From: Methanobacteriota archaeon
GTDB taxonomy: Archaea; Thermoplasmatota; Thermoplasmata; Lutacidiplasmatales; UBA184
Reading direction: 5' to 3'
Assembly (NCBI GenBank): GCA_013290045.1
Contig: JABCYU010000001.1
Span: 1 to 59,300 of the forward strand
Length of the DNA stretch: 59,300 nt
Shown: positions 45,673 through 54,241 of the stretch, one piece after another
Numbering within the stretch: the first letter of the stretch is position 1
Layout: every line of letters starts with the position of its first letter
The notes under the pieces: model-generated
The model's database searches: none
Seen by the model: only the letters and a program-made list of their open reading frames with translations
What the model was told of the DNA's origin: nothing
Translations under genes and position numbers: made by a program

Positions 45673-45814
45673 GCCGGGCCGTCCCGTTCGACGTAACGGG
45701 GTGCGTCAGGCCCGGCGTCCCCGGACGGAAACGCCGTCCTTCCGCCCCGTTTCCGTCCCTCCCGCCGGGTCCTTAACGGTCGGAATCCGCGTCCACCGAC
45801 CGAGGTGATCTCGC

Positions 45815-46696
45815 GTGCTCGACCCGCTCGATGCGCTGGCCATCGACCCGGTCGATCTCTCCGACCTCACGGAGGAGACGCCGTTCGTCGGGCCGGAACT
45901 GCCGCCGACGCGACCGGAGCGGGTCGAGCCGATCCCCTCGTCGGTGCGGATCCCGCGGGGCCGTCCGCTCCGCCACCGCTCGACGTTCCCGAACTCCCCG
46001 CCGCTCGTGCACTGGCTCGGCCGGCACCTGACGCCGGGCGAGGCGACCGTATGGGTCGGCTCGCCCGCGACGCTCGACCCGCTGCTGGAGCTGTTCTACG
46101 CCGGCGTCGCGCGCGCCGGGGGGCGCCTCTCGCTCATCGAGGGCGCCAACCGGTTCCAGCCGTACCGGATCGGCGAGACGGGCCGCTCGCTCGGGATCGA
46201 TCCGGGCCGGCTGCTCGACCGCATCCGGCTCGCCCGGGCGTTCACGGCCTACCAGCTCGTCGCGCTGGTCGACGGATGGGCGTCGGAGGCCCGCCGGCGC
46301 CGCCCGACGGTCCTCGTCGGCCACGATCTCCCGGCGCTGTTCGAGACCGCCGAGGTCCCGGAGGACGAGCGCGCCCCGCTCCTCACCCACGTCGCCGAGA
46401 CGCTCCGCGCGACGCTGCGCGCGGTGCCGGTGCCGCTCGTCCTGACGCTCACCCGGGGGTTCTCCGAGTTCCCGGGGCTCACCGACCGCGGTCCGCGCCT
46501 GTTCGACCTGATCCGCGTCGGCGCCCGTCGCGACGACTGGAAGCTGGAGGCGCTCCGCGACGGCTCGCGCCTGACCGTCGTCCCCCGGCCGGCCGGCCAG
46601 TGGGGGCTCGAGGAGTTCGGGTCGACCGGCCCGGAGGAGGTGACCGCGTGGGCCGCACAGTTCCAACGTACCGCCAGGCGCTTGAGGAGCGGATGA
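45815..46696 (+). CDS. RadA/RadB-like RecA-fold protein with a degenerate Walker A (predicted non-ATPase)
   Basis: 293 aa, with GAGGTGAT 5 nt upstream of the GTG. Contains GEATVWVGSPATLDPLLELFYAGVARAGGRLSLIEGANRFQPYRI...LDRIRLARAFTAYQLVALV...PTVLVGHDLPALF. The P-loop position reads GSPATLDP rather than GxxGxGK[T/S]. Confidence 0.65.
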   Translation: MLDPLDALAIDPVDLSDLTEETPFVGPELPPTRPERVEPIPSSVRIPRGRPLRHRSTFPNSPPLVHWLGRHLTPGEATVWVGSPATLDPLLELFYAGVARAGGRLSLIEGANRFQPYRIGETGRSLGIDPGRLLDRIRLARAFTAYQLVALVDGWASEARRRRPTVLVGHDLPALFETAEVPEDERAPLLTHVAETLRATLRAVPVPLVLTLTRGFSEFPGLTDRGPRLFDLIRVGARRDDWKLEALRDGSRLTVVPRPAGQWGLEEFGSTGPEEVTAWAAQFQRTARRLRSG

Positions 46697-46917
46697 AACG
46701 CTGGGAGGCGTTCGGGCGCCTCCTCACGAGCCCCGAGGAGCGGGCGGCGTTCGAGCAGCTCGTCACCGGGGCCCGGCGCTACGCGGCGCAGGCGACGTAC
46801 GTCGGGAGCCCCGACCTCCTCGAATCGATCCTCCTCTCCGTCCTCCTGGACCTCTCCCGCCGGATGGCGCCGGTCCCGGATCCGGACGGGTCCCCGGTCG
46901 CGCCGTTGCGGGAGTGA
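46648..46917 (+). CDS. Small helical hypothetical protein, 89 aa (74 aa if it starts at the ATG at 46693)
   Basis: GGAGGTGA lies 4 nt upstream of the GTG at 46648. The alternative ATG at 46693 forms an ATGA overlap with the upstream stop. Contains ...MKRWEAFGRLLTSPEERAAFEQLVTGARRYAAQATYVGSPDLLESILLSVLLDLSRRM... Confidence 0.5.
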   Translation: MGRTVPTYRQALEERMKRWEAFGRLLTSPEERAAFEQLVTGARRYAAQATYVGSPDLLESILLSVLLDLSRRMAPVPDPDGSPVAPLRE

Positions 46918-46942
46918 CCGCCCTCCCGCGCCGGAGGGACGG

Positions 46943-49240
46943 TTGAGCGACGCCTGGCTGCTCGACATCACCGAGGACCGGCGGGGCCACGACGTCGTCC
47001 TCTGGCTGAAGGACGACGGCCCGGACGGCCGCGTGCGCCCGGTGCGGCGCCCGTTCCGGCCGCCGTTCCTCGTCGACGGACCGCGCGAGCACCTGAAGGC
47101 CATCGCGAAGCGGTTCACCGGCGCCCCGGACGTGGCGACGATCGAGTGGCGGACCGAGCGCCCGTCGATCTTCGATCGGCGGCCGCGGCGCCTGCTCTCG
47201 ATCACCCCGGAGCGGAACGACCGGCGCCGCCGCGTGGCGACGGCCGTCGACGCGTTCGGCGGGTACCACCGGGGGACGCTCTACGACGTCGACCTCGCGC
47301 CGCCCCAGCTCTACCACCTGGCGTTCGGCCTCTACCCGTTCGCCCCGGTGCGGGAAGAGGGGGAGCGGTACGTCGCGACCCTCCCGGCCGAGGCGATCGA
47401 CTACCCGTTGCCCCCACTGCGCGTCGCGCGGCTCGCCGCCGAGCTCGCCGGGGTGCGGCGCGGCGGGATTGTCCGCGGCGATCCCCCGCTCGCGGCGGTC
47501 GTCGTCGGCGACGCCCGCATCGAGGGAGCGGAGCCGGAACTGTTCGATGAAGTGATGGCCGAGCTCGCCCGCCAGGACCCCGACATCCTCCTCACCGACG
47601 ACGGCGACGGGTTCGATCTCCCGTGCCTGTACCGCCGTGCGGCGGCGCTGGGTCGATCGGAGGAGGAGTTCTTCCTCGGACGCGAACCCGTGTCGTTCCG
47701 GCCGGCGCGGCCGGCCCGGTCGTTCGCCACCTACGGCCAGGTCCTGCACCGCGAGGCGTCGTTCCCGCTCCCGGGGCGGTTCCACCTCGACCGGGAGAAC
47801 TCGTTCCTGTACGGCGACGCGGCGATCGACGGGCTCATCGACGCGGCGAGGCTCTCGCGCCTCTCGCTGCAGACGGTCGTGCGCCAGTCGCCGGGGACGT
47901 GCTTCACCGCCATGGAGATGGCCCACGCCCTCGAGGGAGGCGCCCACGTCCCGTTCCGCAAGAACCGGCCGGAGGAGTTCAAGTCGGCCCACCGGCTCGT
48001 CGAGGCCGACCGCGGTGGCGTGATCTTCCTCCCGCCGGTCGGGGTCCACGACCGGATCGACGAGTTCGATTTCGCGAGCCTGTACCCGCACATCATGGTG
48101 CGGCACAACCTGTCGACGGAGACGCTCAACTGCCGGTGCTGCCCGAAGAGCCCCGAGGTCGTCCCCGGCCTGGGCTACCGCTCCTGCGTCCGCCGGACGG
48201 GGCTCATCCCGACCACGTTGGAACCGCTCCTCGCCCGGCGGCTCGCCTACAAGGCGGCGATCAAGCGGCCCGGGACGCCCCCCGCCGAGGTCGAGCGGCT
48301 CAAACGCCGCGTGAAGATGCTCAAGTGGATCCTCGTCACCGCCTTCGGCTACCAGGGCTACCGCAACGCCCGGTTCGGCCGCATCGAGTGCCACGAGGCG
48401 ATCAACGCCTACGCCCGGGAGCTGATCGTCCGCCTCGTCCGCCACGCCGAGGAGCGGGGCTACCGGGTCGTCCACGGGATCGTCGACTCGCTCTGGCTCG
48501 CGCCCCGGGACCCGGCGAAGTGGCCGGACGCCGAGGCGTTCGCGCGGTCGGCGAGCGAGGAGTTCGACCTGCCGCTCGGCTACGAGGGCCGCTACCGCTG
48601 GATCGTCTTCCTGCCGTCGGTGACCGGGATCGGCGTGCCGAACCGGTACTACGGCCTCTACGAGAGCGGGGCGTTCAAGCTTCGGGGCGTCGGGTCGCGC
48701 CGGCACGACACGCCGCTCCTCCTGCGCCGGTTCGAGGGGGAGATCCTCGATATGATGAAGCGGGCGCCGGACGCGCCGGCGGTGCTCCGCCTCCTCCCGC
48801 GGCTCCTGGCGCGCACCGACCGGTTCGCCGAGCAGCTGAAAGAGCGGCGCTGGCCGGTCGAGGAGCTGCTCATCACCCACCGGCTGAGCCAGGAGGTGTC
48901 GGCGTACGTCACGTTCACCGACAGCGTCGCCGCGATGCGCCAGTTGGCCGACGCCGGCGTGACCCGGATGCCGGGCGAGTCGGTGCGGTTCGTCGTGCGC
49001 GACCGCCGATCGCGCTCGTGGCGCGACCGGGTCCGCGTCGCGGAACTGCTCGAACCGGACGACGACTACGACGTCGGGGCGTACCTGGAGCTGATGGCCC
49101 GCAGCGCCGAGACGCTCCTCGCGCCGCTCGGGGTGAAGCGCGCGGCGCTCCTCGAGCGGTGGGGGGTGGCGCCGGCACCGGAGCGCGACCGGTACCGCTC
49201 GGTCGAGGGCCGGGCGCAGCGGGCGCTCCCCGTCGCGTAG
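46943..49240 (+). CDS. polB: Family B DNA polymerase, PolB2-like, with degenerate exonuclease motifs and motif C
   Basis: 765 aa, TTG start with GGAGGG 4 nt upstream. Motif A is FDFASLYPHIM. Motif B is KMLKWILVTAFGYQGY. Motif C reads HGIVDS where YGDTDS is expected. The Exo I position reads RLAAEL. Exo II is partly retained (DGDGFDLPCLY). Confidence 0.85.
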   Translation: MSDAWLLDITEDRRGHDVVLWLKDDGPDGRVRPVRRPFRPPFLVDGPREHLKAIAKRFTGAPDVATIEWRTERPSIFDRRPRRLLSITPERNDRRRRVATAVDAFGGYHRGTLYDVDLAPPQLYHLAFGLYPFAPVREEGERYVATLPAEAIDYPLPPLRVARLAAELAGVRRGGIVRGDPPLAAVVVGDARIEGAEPELFDEVMAELARQDPDILLTDDGDGFDLPCLYRRAAALGRSEEEFFLGREPVSFRPARPARSFATYGQVLHREASFPLPGRFHLDRENSFLYGDAAIDGLIDAARLSRLSLQTVVRQSPGTCFTAMEMAHALEGGAHVPFRKNRPEEFKSAHRLVEADRGGVIFLPPVGVHDRIDEFDFASLYPHIMVRHNLSTETLNCRCCPKSPEVVPGLGYRSCVRRTGLIPTTLEPLLARRLAYKAAIKRPGTPPAEVERLKRRVKMLKWILVTAFGYQGYRNARFGRIECHEAINAYARELIVRLVRHAEERGYRVVHGIVDSLWLAPRDPAKWPDAEAFARSASEEFDLPLGYEGRYRWIVFLPSVTGIGVPNRYYGLYESGAFKLRGVGSRRHDTPLLLRRFEGEILDMMKRAPDAPAVLRLLPRLLARTDRFAEQLKERRWPVEELLITHRLSQEVSAYVTFTDSVAAMRQLADAGVTRMPGESVRFVVRDRRSRSWRDRVRVAELLEPDDDYDVGAYLELMARSAETLLAPLGVKRAALLERWGVAPAPERDRYRSVEGRAQRALPVA

Positions 49241-49371
49241 GCCGGGCGTCGGGCCCGACCGGCCGGACGGAGGGGCGGGGGCGGGGATCGCACGACGAAG
49301 AAACGGTCGAACGCCGAAGGCGGGCGCGAAATGGAGCGCGACCTTATGCGGGGAAAGCGTCTCGGCCGGGT

Positions 49372-50856
49372 GTGACCGGACGTTCGCGCCGGCCCAGCGT
49401 CCGGGACCGCGGCCGGGACCGGGAGCCGGCGACCCCCGCCGCCCGCCTCGCCGAGATCAAGGCGATGTCGGAGGAGGGGGGAACGGTCGACGTCGACCGC
49501 CTGGTCCGGTGGCTCTCCGACCCCGATCCGCTCGTCCGGCAGGGATCGGCGTGGGTCTTGGGAGCGAAGGTGGAGCGTCGCGGACGCGCGGCGCTGGAGG
49601 CCGCGCTCAACGACCCGTCGAACCGGGTCCGCGCGACGGCCGTCGAATCGCTGGGCGCGCTACGGGCCCCGGAGAGCCGCATCGCGCTCGAGCTCTCGCT
49701 CCGCGACCCGGACGCCCGGGTCCGATCCCAGGCGGCGTGGGCGGTCTGGGCGCTCGACGACAGTCGTTCCGGGGCCGCGATGCTGCCGCTTGCCGTCGAC
49801 CCCGACCCGGCGGTCCGCCAGGGGGCCGCGGCGGCGCTCGGGCGACTGCAGCCGAAGGGCGCGTACGAGCGGCTCACGATCCTATTGAGCGACGTCAACG
49901 ACCGCGTCCGACGCCAGGCGGTCTACGCGCTGGGCGGGTTCCGAAGCCCGCGGACCGCGTCGCTCGTTCGACCGATGCTCGCCGACCCCGCGCTGCGCGT
50001 CCGCATCGCGGCCGCCGGGATCCTCGGCCGGTGCCGCGACGTCGAGTCGGTGGGGCCGCTCCTCGACCGATTGCGCCACGACGACGCGTGGATGAAACCG
50101 GCGATCCTGGTCGCCCTCGGGCAGATCGGCGACCGCACGGCGCTCCCGGAGATCACCGCCGCGGTCGACGACCCGGCGGGATGGTCCCGGGTCTGCGCGC
50201 TGCACGCGCTTCGGGCGATGAAGGACCCGACCTCCCGAAACGCGGTCCGCCCGAAACTGCACGATCCCCTATGGTCGGTGCGCGGGGCCGCGGCCGAATG
50301 CCTCGGAGCCGTCGGCGGCCCGGACGACCTCGCGCTCCTCCTCGAGACCCTCGAGGACCTCCACCCGTGGCCCCGACGCGGGGCGATCTACGCGCTCGGG
50401 GCCCTCGGACTCACCGAGGCCGCGCCGAGGATCCGCGAGGAGCTGCGCCACACCGACGCCGAGATCCGTCTCGCGGCGGTCTGGGCGTTGGGCCGGCTCC
50501 GCGACGACGGGGCCCGCGAGGCGATCGCCGCGCTGCTCCGCCAATCGCACCCGGCCCGGGGCGAGCGCCCGACGCTCGCCGAGGGGGAGGGGGCGGTGCG
50601 GCTGCTCAGCGACGCCGAGGACCGTCTGTTCGATTCCGCCGTCCAGGCGCTCGGGCGGTTGAGCCAGGGCGAGTTCGATCCCGTCGTCGCCCGCGCCCTG
50701 CTCGAAGCCCGATCGCGCGTGCCGGACGACGAGCTCGAGCGGCTCGCCCGGCTCCCGACCCCCGAGCAATCCGTGAGCGGCACTCCTCCCACGCTCCGAC
50801 TGGTCTTCGAGACGGCCCTGCCGGCGGCGGTCGATGAGGACGAGCTGGGATGCTGA
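49372..50856 (+). CDS. HEAT (PBS-lyase-like) repeat protein
   Basis: About 11-12 repeats of the type DPDPLVRQGSAWVLG / DPSNRVRATAVESLG / DPALRVRIAAAGILG. The GTG at 49372 gives an Arg-rich N-terminus with G/C third positions; an alternative ATG lies at 49465. It is the in-frame 3' part of track ORF 47623..50856. Confidence 0.8.
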   Translation: MTGRSRRPSVRDRGRDREPATPAARLAEIKAMSEEGGTVDVDRLVRWLSDPDPLVRQGSAWVLGAKVERRGRAALEAALNDPSNRVRATAVESLGALRAPESRIALELSLRDPDARVRSQAAWAVWALDDSRSGAAMLPLAVDPDPAVRQGAAAALGRLQPKGAYERLTILLSDVNDRVRRQAVYALGGFRSPRTASLVRPMLADPALRVRIAAAGILGRCRDVESVGPLLDRLRHDDAWMKPAILVALGQIGDRTALPEITAAVDDPAGWSRVCALHALRAMKDPTSRNAVRPKLHDPLWSVRGAAAECLGAVGGPDDLALLLETLEDLHPWPRRGAIYALGALGLTEAAPRIREELRHTDAEIRLAAVWALGRLRDDGAREAIAALLRQSHPARGERPTLAEGEGAVRLLSDAEDRLFDSAVQALGRLSQGEFDPVVARALLEARSRVPDDELERLARLPTPEQSVSGTPPTLRLVFETALPAAVDEDELGC

Positions 50857-51788
50857 GGGACCTTCGGAAGGCCGAGGTCGGGCAGTTCAACACGCTCATC
50901 ACCCGCGAGTTCCCGCAGGAGGGAGCGCTGCTGGGGATCGATGTCGACGCCCAGCGTCGGATCCTGGCACGCGCGTTCCAGCCCCTGTTCCGATTCCTCC
51001 TGGGTTTCGCCCGTCTCGTTCGCCACCCGATCGTCCGGTTCTTCGTCGTGGAATCGGAGGGCCGGGTCGCCGCGACGGCCGTCCTGTCGTACGGCCGGCG
51101 GGCCGGCTACATCGGGGCGGTCAGCGTCGACCCGGCGTTCCGACGGCGGGGACTCGGGCGCCAGGTGATCGGGGGGTGCGCGGCGGACGCGAAGGCGACG
51201 GGCCGCGAGTTCGTCGTCCTCGACGTCATCCACGACAACGCCCCGGCGCAGGCGCTGTACCGATCGGTCGGCTACCGACCGCTGCGGACCGGGGCGTTCC
51301 TCCGCAAGGATCTCGCGGCGCGACCGGCCCCGCTCCCCCGACCGCCGGGGGTCCGGCCCCTCCGCCGTAGCGACCGCAAACCGTTGGCCGCGATCGCGGC
51401 CGCCGCCCTGCCCCCCGAGGTCGCGAGGATCCTGCCGGTCGAGCCGGGGTCGTTCACCCTGGCGCCGGTGATCGTCCGGTTCCTCGAGTCGGAGACGGAG
51501 GCGTGGGTGATAGATGACGGCCGCGGACCCGTGGCGTTCCTGCGGGGCACGGTCGGCCGGGCGATGCAATCCGGCAACCTGACCTCCCCCATCCTCGCCC
51601 CGGACCTGTCGACGGAGCGGTCGCTCGAGTTCCTCCGGTACGCCGAATCGTGGCTCGCCTCGAAAGGGGTCCCGAGGGCGGTCGTCGAGCAGTGGAGCGA
51701 CCCTCCGAGGGTCATCGACCTGCTCCGGTCGGGAGGGTGGGTCGAGGCGATCCCGATCGACACCCTCTACCTGCCGCTCCATGCGTGA
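50850..51788 (+). CDS. GNAT family N-acetyltransferase with an extra C-terminal domain
   Basis: 312 aa. The ATG overlaps the HEAT gene stop. Contains IGAVSVDPAFRRRGLGRQVIGGCAADAKATGREFVVLDVIHDNAPAQALYRSVGYRP. Confidence 0.8.
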   Translation: MLRDLRKAEVGQFNTLITREFPQEGALLGIDVDAQRRILARAFQPLFRFLLGFARLVRHPIVRFFVVESEGRVAATAVLSYGRRAGYIGAVSVDPAFRRRGLGRQVIGGCAADAKATGREFVVLDVIHDNAPAQALYRSVGYRPLRTGAFLRKDLAARPAPLPRPPGVRPLRRSDRKPLAAIAAAALPPEVARILPVEPGSFTLAPVIVRFLESETEAWVIDDGRGPVAFLRGTVGRAMQSGNLTSPILAPDLSTERSLEFLRYAESWLASKGVPRAVVEQWSDPPRVIDLLRSGGWVEAIPIDTLYLPLHA

Positions 51789-53094
51789 CCCGGCCGGTAC
51801 TACTCACATCGACGTCTACCTTTTTCCGGCGGCGATCGGAGGCGGCCGGGGCGACATCGACGAGGTGCTCGTCGCCGGTCGGGTCCTCGAGGGGGCGGGG
51901 GCGCGGGTGCGGATCCTCCGCCTCGGAGGGCGGTCGCTCCCCGGAGCGGCGGCCGATCTCGGGAGCTGGCCGCGGTTCTCCCGGGTCGGCCGGATCCGAT
52001 CTTCCCGAGGCTGGGCGATCACCGTGAGCCCGTCGTGGGGGGTGACCGCGGCCCCGCGCCGTCCCGGCCGGCTCGGCGGGGCCGGTCCGTGGGCCCCCGA
52101 ATCCGCGGAAGTGGAGCGGTGCTATGGGCCCGAGCGCACCGTTCATGTGAGCTTCGAGGAGTTCGCCCGAACCCTGTCGAGCCGGGCGCAGACGATCGAG
52201 CGCTACCGGGAGGGGGGCTGGACGCGCCCGCAGATCCGGCGGCTCACCCGGACCCGCCGGTTCCGGCGGGAGGTCGCCGAGTTCCGCGTCGCGTACCGGC
52301 GGTTTCGGGCGTTCGAGGTCCCGAACGTCCTGTCCGTGTTTCCCGGCTTCGTTCGGTCCGAAGTGTTCGGGCGCGAATTCCCCCGAGCCATCCAGACCGG
52401 CCCGCTCTGGCCGGGCCGATTCCCCCGGAGGATCGGTCGGATCCCCTCGAGGTGGCTCTGGTACGTCAATTCGCCTTCTGCCACCCGCCTCGTGCCGGGC
52501 CTCCGTACCGGACTCTCCGGGCCGGGTCCACCCGTCCGGGTCGGGATCCGGGGTCGTCTGGCGCCCCATCCCGGGATCTCGACCGAAGGTCCGTGGCGGA
52601 TCCTTCCGGCGATGAGCCCCCAACGCTGGGAGCGTCGGTTCGCCACAGCGGGGGTGCGGATCGTCACTGGGAGCCGCAGCCTCCTGGACGCACTCGAGGC
52701 TGGCGGCCCGTTCCTCTACTTCAACGGAGTGACGGGCGACGGCCGGAGGACGCGCCGGCACCGGCCGGAGAAGCTCCAGCAGCTGTTGCGCGTCTTCGCG
52801 GCGGCTGGCGGGCCGCCGGCGAGGGTGAGGGACCTCAGGTCGTTCGCCCTGGCTCGGCGGGTTCCCCAGATCGTCGGGGCGGCTCGCACCCCGGAGTGGC
52901 AGCTCGGGTTCCCTCGAACGGTCCGGGTCCAGGGGTACCTTCCGCCGTTCGACTCGGCCAACTCGTGGCTCGTCGATCTCCTCCGGCACGTCCGGAGGGC
53001 GGCGGCCGAGGGCGGTAGCGCCTCGAGTTTGGTAGCCGAGCTCCGGCGGGGTTCGCATGGCCGGCGCCCGTCCGGCTCCTCCGGGAAGGTCTAA
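51781..53094 (+). CDS. Arg-rich hypothetical protein; possible EarP/DUF2331-like GT-B glycosyltransferase homolog
   Basis: 437 aa. The ATG overlaps the GNAT stop, and third positions are G/C throughout. IDVYLFPAAIGGGRGDIDEV and WRILPAMSPQRWERRFATAGVRIVTGSRSLLDALEAGGPFLYFNG...HRPEKLQQLL resemble the EarP signature stretches as I remember them. The functional call is tentative. Confidence 0.6.
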   Translation: MRDPAGTTHIDVYLFPAAIGGGRGDIDEVLVAGRVLEGAGARVRILRLGGRSLPGAAADLGSWPRFSRVGRIRSSRGWAITVSPSWGVTAAPRRPGRLGGAGPWAPESAEVERCYGPERTVHVSFEEFARTLSSRAQTIERYREGGWTRPQIRRLTRTRRFRREVAEFRVAYRRFRAFEVPNVLSVFPGFVRSEVFGREFPRAIQTGPLWPGRFPRRIGRIPSRWLWYVNSPSATRLVPGLRTGLSGPGPPVRVGIRGRLAPHPGISTEGPWRILPAMSPQRWERRFATAGVRIVTGSRSLLDALEAGGPFLYFNGVTGDGRRTRRHRPEKLQQLLRVFAAAGGPPARVRDLRSFALARRVPQIVGAARTPEWQLGFPRTVRVQGYLPPFDSANSWLVDLLRHVRRAAAEGGSASSLVAELRRGSHGRRPSGSSGKV

Positions 53095-53118
53095 ACCCCG
53101 GCTCCCCCTTCCCGAGGC

Positions 53119-54228
53119 ATGGCCCCCGAGGAGGCGGCCCCTTCTGCGGTCGCCGAAGTCCTCCTCGGCCCGGCGCTCCGCCTACGTCGCGGGGAGAACG
53201 TCATCATCGAGAGCTGGAGCCACACGCTTCCCTACGCCTCCGCCTGCGTCGTCGAGGCGCGGCGTATCGGCGCCCACCCGATGCTCCTGCTCGAGGAAGA
53301 GGCGGCGTTCTGGGAGAGCCTCGACCGCGTTCCCTCGACGTCGTGGGTGAGCGGCGTCGGAGCGCACGAGTGGGCGGCGCTCGGAAAGACCCACGCCTAC
53401 GTCTTCTTCCCTGGCCCCTCGGACCGGCCCCGGCTCCGGGCGCTGCCCAAATCGAGGAGCCGGGACGTCGTGACATCGAACGACGAGTGGTTCCGCCGCG
53501 CCCGCTCCGCGAAGCTGCGGGCGGTGCGGAGCGTGCTCGGGTACGCCTCGGACCCGCAGGCGGCCCACTGGGGGGTCTCCGGGGCGGCGTGGCGGAGCGC
53601 CCTCGCGCAGGCCACCGTCGGCGTCGACTACCGGGTGCTGCAGCAGGAGGCGCAGCGCGCCGCGGCGAAGATCCAATCGGGGTCGACGTTGCGGATCACC
53701 GCGTCGAACGGCACGGACGTGAGCGTGAAGCTCCGGCACCGTCGTCCCTCGGTCGACGACGGGGTCGTCTCCCCGCAGGACGTGCGCGACGGCGAGGTCA
53801 TGACCGTCTCGCCTCCCGGGACCGTCGTCGTCGCCATCGACGAGAAGTCCGCGGATGGGGTGGCGATCGCCAACCGGCCGAGCTTCCTGAGGTCGGGAAG
53901 GGTCGAGGGCGGCCAGTGGGAGATGAAGGCGGGCCGGCTGACGAACTTCTGGTACACGGATGGACAGGGGGCGTTCGAGGAGTCGTACCGGGTCGCCGGG
54001 AAGGGCCGCGACGTCGTCGGGATGTTCTCCCTCGGCCTCAACCCCGCGCTCACCCCGGGGGTCCCCCAGGTCGAGGATCAGGAGGCGGGCGCCGTGACCC
54101 TGGCGATCGGCGGCAACCAGGCTCAGGGAGGCACGAACCGATCGCCGTTCATCTCGTGGATCGTCCTGGGCGAGGCGACCGTCGCCGTCGACGGCAAGCC
54201 GCTGTGCGACCGCGGAAAGCTCCTGTAG
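53119..54228 (+). CDS. M29 (aminopeptidase T/AmpS)-like metallopeptidase
   Basis: 369 aa with GENVIIESWSHTLPYASACVVEARRIGAHPMLLLEEE...ITASNGTDVSVKL...AVTLAIGGNQAQGGTN. The family call is made from memory and the sequence looks divergent. Confidence 0.7.
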   Translation: MAPEEAAPSAVAEVLLGPALRLRRGENVIIESWSHTLPYASACVVEARRIGAHPMLLLEEEAAFWESLDRVPSTSWVSGVGAHEWAALGKTHAYVFFPGPSDRPRLRALPKSRSRDVVTSNDEWFRRARSAKLRAVRSVLGYASDPQAAHWGVSGAAWRSALAQATVGVDYRVLQQEAQRAAAKIQSGSTLRITASNGTDVSVKLRHRRPSVDDGVVSPQDVRDGEVMTVSPPGTVVVAIDEKSADGVAIANRPSFLRSGRVEGGQWEMKAGRLTNFWYTDGQGAFEESYRVAGKGRDVVGMFSLGLNPALTPGVPQVEDQEAGAVTLAIGGNQAQGGTNRSPFISWIVLGEATVAVDGKPLCDRGKLL

Positions 54229-54241
54229 TCGCGCTCCCCCC

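Noticed and set aside
46763-49371. 705-aa minus-strand ORF 46763..48880 and the 5' two thirds of plus-strand ORF 47623..50856
   Set aside because: They overlap the PolB gene in other frames. Only the part of the second ORF downstream of the PolB stop (from 49372 or 49465) shows HEAT repeats.
49372-50856. HEAT-repeat protein as a deoxyhypusine hydroxylase
   Set aside because: The His-Glu metal-binding dyads characteristic of that enzyme are absent from the repeats, which read RHDDA, RHTDAE and similar.
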